From contig NZ_JAZAQF010000042.1 in assembly GCF_043235035.1 (NCBI RefSeq), positions 90,909 to 114,908 of the forward strand: a stretch of 24,000 nt of DNA, written 5' to 3'. Positions 14,936-21,149 of this stretch are shown here, in pieces. The notes under the pieces are model-generated. The model was not told the origin of the DNA. It searched no databases and saw nothing but the letters and a program-made list of their open reading frames with translations. This DNA comes from Limnothrix redekei LRLZ20PSL1 (lineage in GTDB: Bacteria; Cyanobacteriota; Cyanobacteriia; CACIAM-69d). The translations under genes were made by a program, and so were the position numbers. Within the stretch, counting starts at the first letter, position 1, and each line of letters starts with the position of its first letter.

Positions 14936-15502
14936 ATGCCCTTTAAGTCTTTTGCCCCGGCTTCGAGTCAGCCGCGCGCCATGTCGCAGCGCTGGGTGCG
15001 TCGCGGGTTGGCAGCCTTGGCCGCGCTGAGTTGCAGTCTGGCAGTTGTGCCGGCGGTGGTGGCGCAGGAGTTGCCTGGATTCACGCTCTTTGGTGGCCCC
15101 CGTCGCGAAAGTCAACTGAGTTTCCGGCTCGATCGGGGTCGTGAAAGCTCCTGGGATCGCTACCGGTTGCGGATTCCGGCTCAGAACCTGGCGATCGCCC
15201 AAATCGCGATCGACTATCCCGACTATTACAAGGGACGTTTCGACACCGATCGCATTGATGTGCGGTACAAGAACGGTGGCGAGAAGGTTGAGCTAGATCG
15301 GGTGGTTTGGAATCCGGAAAACTACACGATCGAGATTTATCCTAAGGAACCGATTCCCTCGGGTAAGCAGCTTGAGGTGGTGCTCAGCAATGTGCGCAAC
15401 CCGGACATGGGCGGGATGTATTACTTCAACTGCCGGATTTTGACCCCCGGTGACACGCCCTTGCTGCGCTATATCGGTACCTGGCTGATTCAAATTACCT
15501 AA
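14936..15502 (+). CDS. DUF2808-like cyanobacterial protein with signal peptide
   Basis: RRGLAALAALSCSLAVVPAVVAQ resembles a signal peptide. YRLRIPAQNLAIAQIAIDYP...GGMYYFNCRILTPGDTPLLRYIGTWLIQI resembles DUF2808 by recollection. ATG 14936 has GGGAGA 9 nt upstream. The track start at 14897 is TTG. Confidence 0.55.
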   Translation: MPFKSFAPASSQPRAMSQRWVRRGLAALAALSCSLAVVPAVVAQELPGFTLFGGPRRESQLSFRLDRGRESSWDRYRLRIPAQNLAIAQIAIDYPDYYKGRFDTDRIDVRYKNGGEKVELDRVVWNPENYTIEIYPKEPIPSGKQLEVVLSNVRNPDMGGMYYFNCRILTPGDTPLLRYIGTWLIQIT

Positions 15503-15559
15503 CGTTCAGCTCCGGTATGGTTCTGGGGAGCCGAGCGCCCCGCCCTTGCCAGCCATTTT

Positions 15560-15593
15560 GAATCCGAAGCGGGCGCGAGTCTGTTTCGGATTT
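15560..15593 (+). terminator. Putative hairpin downstream of the DUF2808-like gene
   Basis: AATCCGAA (15561-68) pairs with TTCGGATT (15585-92), with a 16-nt loop. It is followed by the T-rich tcgctttct. This is a weak intrinsic-terminator candidate. Confidence 0.35.
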
Positions 15594-15670
15594 CGCTTTC
15601 TGGCTCCCCTGATGTCTTGATGTCGATATGGGCTGGCATTCAGTTCGCAAGGGGCTTGTGCTCAAAACCC

Positions 15671-15766
15671 CTAGAAACCCGGAAGCCAAGAAACCTAGAA
15701 CACCTGAAGCATCCGGATCACCTGGATTGCCTGGAAGCTCTGGAAAATCTGGAACATTTGGAACCA
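15671..15766. repeat. Degenerate 9-bp tandem array (about 10 units, C[T/C][G/A]GAANNN) ending 10 bp before the htrA-like start
   Basis: Exact 9-bp phasing of CTGGA/TTGGA at 15722, 15731, 15740, 15749 and 15758. Related units lie upstream: ccggatcac, ctgaagcat, ctagaacac. Confidence 0.8.
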
Positions 15767-15776
15767 AACAACCGCA

Positions 15777-17123
15777 ATGGAATTTAGCGTTATGGGACTT
15801 GGGGCCAATCATCAACAGAACCCACTGAAACGCCTGAAACAACGCCTGAAACAACGCCTGGGTTTAATATCTTTCGGCGGGCAAACGCAACCATCGCCAC
15901 GGTCTCAACTGCAATCGTCGTCATGGCAACCGTCGTCATGGCAACGGGCGATCGGGACGATCGGGCTGGCGGTGTTGCTCTGGGCGATCGCCCTGGTCGG
16001 CCCAATTGCCCCCGCCGTTGCCCTGGTGGATGACAGCGCCACGGCCCAGCGCCCGGCGGAGGTGGCGGCTCCCCGCAGCAACAGTTTTGTGACGGCGGCC
16101 GTGAACCGGGTGGGCGCGGCCGTGGTACGCATCGACACGGAGCGCACCGTGACCCGGCGGGTTGACCCGTTTTTTAACGATCCGCTGTTTGAGCGCTTCT
16201 TTGGGGATGAGTTTTTTCGGCAAATGCCCCGAGAACAGCGCCAACGGATTGCGGGTCAAGGCTCCGGCTTCATTATTGAAGGTGACGGTCTGTTGTTGAC
16301 CAATGCCCATGTGGTGAATCGGGCCGATCGCGTGACCGTGACCCTGAAGGATGGGCGGGAGTTTGATGGGCGCGTGCTGGGGGCCGATGAGGTCACCGAT
16401 TTGGCGGTGGTGAAAATCAGCCCCGGCAATGAGCGGTTGCCAGTGGCTCCCCTGGGCGATTCGGATTTGGTGCAGGTGGGCGATTGGGCGATCGCGGTGG
16501 GGAACCCGTTGGGGCTGGACAACACGGTCACCCTGGGCATTGTCAGCACCCTGAAGCGATCGAGCGTGCAGGTGGGCATTCCTGACAAGCGCCTAGACTT
16601 CATCCAAACCGACGCGGCCATCAACCCCGGAAACTCCGGCGGCCCACTGCTGAACGATCGGGGCGAGGTGATTGGCATCAACACCGCCATCCGTGCCGAC
16701 GCGATGGGGATTGGGTTCGCCATTCCCATCAACAAGGTGAAGAGCATTTTGCCCTTGCTGTCGAAGGGTCAGGCCGTGCCGCATCCGTTCCTGGGCATTC
16801 AGATGCGCACCTTGACTCCTGACTTGGCCCGCAAAAACAACAGCGACCCCAACGCCGCCATCATGCTGCCGGAAGTGTCGGGGGTGTTGGTGGTGAATGT
16901 GATTCCCGATTCGCCTGCGGCCCAGGGTGGCCTACGGCGGGGTGATGTGATTGTGCAAATTGATGGCACGGTGGTCACTAGCGCAGAACAGTTGCAGGGG
17001 CTGGTGGAACGCAGCCGCGTGGGTCAAGCCCTGGCCATGACTGTGCGACGGGGCGATCGGGGTGGCAATCAACAGCTCTCGGTGCGCACTGGGCAAATGC
17101 AGGATTTTGCGGACGATCGCTAG
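15777..17123 (+). CDS. HtrA/DegP-family serine protease with PDZ domain (HhoA/HhoB/HtrA type)
   Basis: 448 aa. Catalytic motifs TNAHVV (His), DLAVVKI (Asp) and GNSGGPLLN (Ser). C-terminal PDZ-like [31 protein letters not shown]/signal anchor [18 protein letters not shown]. The start at ATG 15777 is uncertain because the first ~57 aa are repeat-encoded. Confidence 0.9.
   Translation: MEFSVMGLGANHQQNPLKRLKQRLKQRLGLISFGGQTQPSPRSQLQSSSWQPSSWQRAIGTIGLAVLLWAIALVGPIAPAVALVDDSATAQRPAEVAAPRSNSFVTAAVNRVGAAVVRIDTERTVTRRVDPFFNDPLFERFFGDEFFRQMPREQRQRIAGQGSGFIIEGDGLLLTNAHVVNRADRVTVTLKDGREFDGRVLGADEVTDLAVVKISPGNERLPVAPLGDSDLVQVGDWAIAVGNPLGLDNTVTLGIVSTLKRSSVQVGIPDKRLDFIQTDAAINPGNSGGPLLNDRGEVIGINTAIRADAMGIGFAIPINKVKSILPLLSKGQAVPHPFLGIQMRTLTPDLARKNNSDPNAAIMLPEVSGVLVVNVIPDSPAAQGGLRRGDVIVQIDGTVVTSAEQLQGLVERSRVGQALAMTVRRGDRGGNQQLSVRTGQMQDFADDR
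15825..15860 (+). repeat. In-frame tandem repeat (CTGAAACGC then CTGAAACAACGC x2) encoding [12 protein letters not shown]
   Basis: Read directly at 15825-15857, inside the N-terminal region of the HtrA-like ORF. Confidence 0.85.
15915..15944 (+). repeat. In-frame 15-bp tandem duplication (YCGTCGTCATGGCAA x2) encoding [10 protein letters not shown]
   Basis: 15915-15929 tcgtcgtcatggcaa and 15930-15944 ccgtcgtcatggcaa. Confidence 0.9.
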
Positions 17124-17249
17124 GATTCAACCCCGATCGTCGCCATCCACCTTCTGCGCCAATGGTGCGTCAATAAATGCGTCAATGTTGTGCCAATGGT
17201 ACGCCAACGGTGCGCTAATTGATTGCTCGTTCCAATTCAAAAAACCAGC

Positions 17250-17278
17250 GCCAGGGGTCGATCGATCCCTGGCTTTTT
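17250..17278 (+). terminator. Rho-independent terminator downstream of the htrA-like gene (possibly bidirectional)
   Basis: The stem GCCAGGG (17250-56) / CCCTGGC (17267-73) encloses the palindrome tcgatcga. TTTTT follows (17274-78), and AAAAAA lies upstream (17239-44). Confidence 0.75.
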
Positions 17279-17643
17279 GTCAAAGCCGATTTTTGATGAG
17301 CTGGCAGGCAATTGAACATCGCGTCAGTCTTCAGCAATTAGCACTAAAAAGTTGAGAGTGCTAACAGATTGCAGCCCGTAAAACGACATTTTTGTATCAA
17401 TTGAGTCTTTTGTAACTTGAGACTTTTACAAGATTGTTGCATTCGCCAAGAAATTTCCAAAATTATTGCCAAGCTCAAAAGATTTGCGCTAATACATAAA
17501 GTCAAGAATCAATTCATAACCCCATTCACAGCTCAGAACGAATCCTTTTTCATTCAATTTCATTACTTTCACCGCCTGCAATCACGTTCTTAGTCTTTGA
17601 GACATGCTCTCGGAGAAGATTGTGCATTTATCTTGCAGAAGTA

Positions 17644-17673
17644 CCCTTTGAAGTTTAATGCCCTTTGAAATTT
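17644..17673 (+). promoter_or_regulatory. 13-bp direct repeat CCCTTTGAA(G/A)TTT x2, 17-bp register, ending 13 nt before a start codon
   Basis: 17644-17656 and 17661-17673 differ at one position. GAGAGG (17676-81) and ATG 17687 follow. The function is unknown. Confidence 0.4.
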
Positions 17674-17686
17674 GTGAGAGGTTGCC

Positions 17687-18028
17687 ATGGATTACACATT
17701 TGAAATTGTGGGTGTATCTCCAGTGCTGCACTTTTTTCATGAGCAACAACAGCTAATTGAGCGATCGCCCGCTCCCCCTGTGGAATATATCGGTAGTTTT
17801 CAATGCACGCTGGATGCCACCTTGGAATCGATCGAACCGGTGCTTTGGCGGCATGACTGGTCTTGGAATGATATTTCCGCCACGGTGGTGGATTTTTGGA
17901 TGCAAAATGCTGAGGCGATCGCCTTTTGGAAACATCGCCTCGCGGACGCGGGCCAGGGCAGTTTAATGGTGTCGCGGTTGGGCAATGCGGATGGATTGCG
18001 CCAGGAATTTGAGTCGCTGCTGAGTTAA
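17687..18028 (+). CDS. Hypothetical protein (113 aa), family not recognised
   Basis: ATG with a GAGAGG Shine-Dalgarno-like site. Protein-like composition (MDYTFEIVGVSPVLHFFHEQQQLIERS...). Contains HIP1. No motif I can name. Confidence 0.5.
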   Translation: MDYTFEIVGVSPVLHFFHEQQQLIERSPAPPVEYIGSFQCTLDATLESIEPVLWRHDWSWNDISATVVDFWMQNAEAIAFWKHRLADAGQGSLMVSRLGNADGLRQEFESLLS

Positions 18029-18073
18029 GCCAACTGGAGCTAACTGGAGCCAAAGCCGGTCAGCTTGCGCCAA

Positions 18074-18105
18074 GGTTCCAAGGCAGCCTCGGGGCCTTGG
18101 CTAAC
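18074..18105. terminator. Putative hairpin between convergent genes
   Basis: CCAAGGC (18078-84) pairs with GCCTTGG (18094-100). There is no clear U-tract. A 9-bp direct repeat AACTGGAGC x2 lies at about 18032-18050. Confidence 0.3.
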
Positions 18106-18112
18106 CCCAGGC

Positions 18113-18646
18113 CTAAAGTCGAAAACCCGGTGGCAGTTGGGCCCCGCTCAACTTAGCCCCGTTCAGTTCCGCTAGGGTCAAATCTGCGCCGGTTAAGTCC
18201 GCATTGGTCAGGTCAGCGTTCCTGAGGTTGGCATAAAACAACACGGCGCGATCGAGCTTGGCCCCATGCAAAAACGCTTGGAATAGATTGGCATTGGTCA
18301 AATCAGCCCCGGAAAGGGTTGCACCAATCAGATTTGTCGCCTGAAACTTGGCCTCAAACAACCGGGCCCCCGACAGGTCAACCCCCTCCAAATTCGCCCC
18401 TGTGAAGTCAGCCCCCGACCAATCCGTATTCGCCAACTTCGCCTTCGATAAATTCACCCCCACCAACCGCGCTCCAATAAAGCTGTTGCCCGACAGGTCG
18501 GCTTCGCTGAGGTCGCAACCGCTGCACTCATTGGTACGTCGCAATCGCAGCAGATCATTTTCCGAGAAGGCTCGCACCGACAGGGCCAGGCTACTCAACC
18601 AAGCGCCCACAAGAGCAATGCCGATCGCGCAGTGAACCTTCAGCAT
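18113..18646 (-). CDS. Pentapeptide-repeat protein with signal peptide
   Basis: Long run of A(D/N)LxX pentapeptides (ADLSGNSFIGARLVGVNLSKAKLANTDWSGADFTGANLEGVDLSGARL...). ATG at 18646 gives MLKVHCAIGIALVGAWLSSLALSVRA, a signal peptide. The track's 42 extra N-terminal residues are Cys/Pro-rich and look non-coding. Confidence 0.85.
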   Translation of the reverse strand: MLKVHCAIGIALVGAWLSSLALSVRAFSENDLLRLRRTNECSGCDLSEADLSGNSFIGARLVGVNLSKAKLANTDWSGADFTGANLEGVDLSGARLFEAKFQATNLIGATLSGADLTNANLFQAFLHGAKLDRAVLFYANLRNADLTNADLTGADLTLAELNGAKLSGAQLPPGFRL

Positions 18647-18785
18647 GGGGGTGCAAAAAATGGGGCAGGGAAAAAATGGAACCGGAACTGAAGACAGGGG
18701 ACAAGGCCAACAGCCCCAACAAACCGGGATGCCATCCCTACGATTATTGTAGGAGTTCAGTCCCGGAATCAATCAGGGGGCCCAG

Positions 18786-19373
18786 GTGCGAATCATTGGA
18801 CTTACGGGCGGCATTGCCACGGGCAAAACCACAGTGTCAGACTATTTGGCAGAACGCTATGGATTACCGGTGCTGGATGCGGATCAGTTGGCGCGATCGG
18901 CCGTGGAACTGGGGTCGCCCCTTTTGCCAGCGATCGCCCAGCGGTTTGGTGCTGATGTGATTGGTGCTGATGGCTCGCTCGATCGGCCGCGTTTAGGCGA
19001 AATTGTGTTTCAGCAGCCGGCCGAGCGCCAATGGTTAGAAGCCCAAATTCACCCGATCGTGCGGGCCCATTTGTTGGCTGGAATTGCGGCTCATCAAGGG
19101 CGATCAAACAGCATTGTCTTAGCCATTCCCCTCCTATTGGAAGCCCAAATGACCGATTTAGTCACGGAAATTTGGGTGGTTAGTTGTGAGCCAGCCCAGC
19201 AATTGCACCGGTTAATGGCCCGAAATCATTTGACGGTTGATCAGGCCCAAGCTCGCATCAACAGCCAATGGCCACTGGCACAAAAAATGGCGCGGGCCGA
19301 CGTGGTTTTGCACAACAAGGGAACTTTACCGGAGCTATTTCAGCAAGTAGATCACGCTTGGGAAAGTTGTTAA
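18786..19373 (+). CDS. coaE: Dephospho-CoA kinase
   Basis: (V/M)RIIGLTGGIATGKTTV P-loop, LDADQLAR and IPLLLEA are typical CoaE motifs. The start codon is GTG at 18786. Confidence 0.9.
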   Translation: MRIIGLTGGIATGKTTVSDYLAERYGLPVLDADQLARSAVELGSPLLPAIAQRFGADVIGADGSLDRPRLGEIVFQQPAERQWLEAQIHPIVRAHLLAGIAAHQGRSNSIVLAIPLLLEAQMTDLVTEIWVVSCEPAQQLHRLMARNHLTVDQAQARINSQWPLAQKMARADVVLHNKGTLPELFQQVDHAWESC

Positions 19374-19376
19374 AAA

Positions 19377-19433
19377 GTTTCAGGTTTCAAGATTTAAAGT
19401 TCAAGTTTCAAGTTTCAAGTTCCAAGCTTCAAA
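19377..19433. repeat. Heptamer-type tandem array (TTTCAAG and variants, about 8 units)
   Basis: gtttcag gtttcaag atttaaag ttcaag tttcaag tttcaag ttccaag cttcaaa. It starts 4 bp after the coaE stop and lies upstream of the radical SAM gene. Confidence 0.85.
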
Positions 19434-19462
19434 TTGGATCGTTAGGAAGTTCTAGAAATTTC

Positions 19463-20467
19463 ATGCATAGTCCTGTGATTGCCACCGTTGATTCTCCGCG
19501 TCCTTTTGCCGAAGCCCTTGGTACTTGCCTAACAAAGCGCACCATTCGTGTGTTGCAAATCAACCTTGGCAAACGTTGCAACCTGGCTTGCACCCATTGC
19601 CATGTGGAAGCAGGACCAAAACGCACCGAAGCACTTAGTCCAGAAGTCTGTGAGCAATTAATTGCCATCGTTCAGCAATTTCCACAGATTCAAACGGTGG
19701 ATTTAACGGGCGGCGCACCAGAAATGCACGACGGCTTTCGGGCTTTGGTACAAGCGGCGGCCGCTGCCAAAAAGGAAGTCATTGTTCGGTCAAATTTAAC
19801 CATTTTCTTTGAGGATGGTTTTGAAGATTTGCCAGACCTTTTCCAGAACTATCATGTGCGGGTTGTGGCTTCGCTGCCTTGTTATTTGTCAGAAAATGTC
19901 GATCAACAACGGGGACGTGGTGTGTTTGATCGCTCCATTGCCGCCCTCAAACTCCTAAATCAGCGGGGCTATGGGCGAGATCCAAAACTGCAAATCGATT
20001 TGGTCTATAACCCACCGGTTCCCACAGGGGCTAATTTTTCACTGCCACCAGCCCAAGCGGGACTGGAAGTGGCCTATCGTCAGCGGCTAAAAGCTGATCA
20101 CAACATTGATTTCAATCATTTGCTGACCATCACCAATCTCCCGATCGGGCGGACTAAATTAGCCCTGCAAGCTCGCCAACTGGAAGCCGATTATTGTCAG
20201 TTTTTGGCTCAAAATTTCAATGCCGACACCGTGGCAGGGTTGATGTGTCGTGATCAGCTATCGGTGGACTATCGAGGCTATCTTTACGATTGCGACTTTA
20301 ACCAAATGGAGGAGATCCCAGCCCGATCGCCCGATGGTAAAATGCTGACCCTGGCAGATCTGTTGGCAGCCGGTTCCCTGGATTTAATCCAAACGGTTCA
20401 GACCGATCGCCACTGCTACGGATGCACGGCCGGCGCTGGTTCCAGTTGTGGCGGCGCGTTGCTTTAG
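19463..20467 (+). CDS. arsS: Radical SAM / Cys-rich domain protein, ArsS-like (arsenosugar biosynthesis family)
   Basis: LQINLGKRCNLACTHCHVEAGP (CxxxCxxC), DLTGGAPE, SLPCY...QQRGRGVFDRSI, YDCDFNQ and the C-terminal HCYGCTAGAGSSCGGAL. This matches my recollection of the ArsS / rSAM-Cys-rich family. ATG 19463 is preferred. The track ORF start (19268) overlaps coaE. Confidence 0.75.
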   Translation: MHSPVIATVDSPRPFAEALGTCLTKRTIRVLQINLGKRCNLACTHCHVEAGPKRTEALSPEVCEQLIAIVQQFPQIQTVDLTGGAPEMHDGFRALVQAAAAAKKEVIVRSNLTIFFEDGFEDLPDLFQNYHVRVVASLPCYLSENVDQQRGRGVFDRSIAALKLLNQRGYGRDPKLQIDLVYNPPVPTGANFSLPPAQAGLEVAYRQRLKADHNIDFNHLLTITNLPIGRTKLALQARQLEADYCQFLAQNFNADTVAGLMCRDQLSVDYRGYLYDCDFNQMEEIPARSPDGKMLTLADLLAAGSLDLIQTVQTDRHCYGCTAGAGSSCGGALL

Positions 20468-20652
20468 GCAGCTCCCGTTGATTTCGATCGGTTGAGTTCA
20501 TCCATTCAATTCAGCCAATTTAGTGCATTAGCAGCTAACCAATGATCTTGATGGCGTTGGTTTATTGATACGTTGGTCTATTGAATTGAATTCATTTGAC
20601 TGATCGAATCAATTCAGTGATTGGCAATTCATCCTTTTTCTCTCTCTTTTCC

Positions 20653-21102
20653 ATGGACATTCAATTTCGCGAGTTTGACCCCTTTAATGTTTGGATTTGG
20701 CTGGAGCTGGACACCGTTCCAGGGCGCATGGAGCAGCAATACATTGAAGAGGTGTTTGATTCCTGGTTTTTCTTAGGGAAATTGGGCGGATTCAATGCCG
20801 AAAACGCGCAGGTTCAAGAAGTGGGCTTGGACTTGAGCTATATGGAATATGACAGTGAAGTACTGGATCAATCGATGATGGCCCTGATGCACAACATGGG
20901 CGAAGTGGAGTTTGAAGGAACCCGCGCCCGTTGTTGGTTTGATTTGGGAACCAGTGATGCGATCGCCCTGGATGTGTTGATTAATGCCTTTGCTCAGCTC
21001 AGTCGAGAATTTTTGGAAATTCGCCGCATGAGCATCGGTGGCGAGGATGAAGATTGGCCGATTGATGAAAGCAAACGCCAATCCAGTTCGGATTTCAATT
21101 AA
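20653..21102 (+). CDS. DUF3531-like conserved cyanobacterial/plastid-lineage protein
   Basis: MDIQFREFDPFNVWIWLEL...FFLGKLGGFNAENAQVQEVGLDLSYMEYD...ALMHNMGEVEFEGTRARCWFDLGTSDAIALDVLINA matches DUF3531 by recollection. ATG 20653 is preferred over the track's TTG at 20596. Confidence 0.6.
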   Translation: MDIQFREFDPFNVWIWLELDTVPGRMEQQYIEEVFDSWFFLGKLGGFNAENAQVQEVGLDLSYMEYDSEVLDQSMMALMHNMGEVEFEGTRARCWFDLGTSDAIALDVLINAFAQLSREFLEIRRMSIGGEDEDWPIDESKRQSSSDFN

Positions 21103-21149
21103 TTTAGCTAATTCAGCTAATTCAGCAGCAAGCACTTAATCATTGCCAA

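Noticed and set aside
15495-15854. 119-aa minus ORF and 66-aa plus ORF (15628-15828) upstream of the HtrA-like gene
   Set aside because: Both are carried by the 9-bp repeat array (Gly-x-x or Pro/Gly periodic low complexity). They overlap the ends of neighbouring genes and have no start context.
17395-17435. NtcA (GTA-N8-TAC) or HLR1/RpaB-type site in GAGTCTTTTGTAACTTGAGACTTTTACAAG
   Set aside because: The GTA...TAC spacing is 12, not 8. The two TTACA-type half-sites are inverted and not direct repeats, so neither consensus architecture fits.
19268-19462. N-terminal 65 residues of the 399-aa track ORF for the radical SAM gene
   Set aside because: This part overlaps the coaE 3' end out of frame and then reads through the heptamer array. 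The conserved radical SAM sequence begins after ATG 19463.
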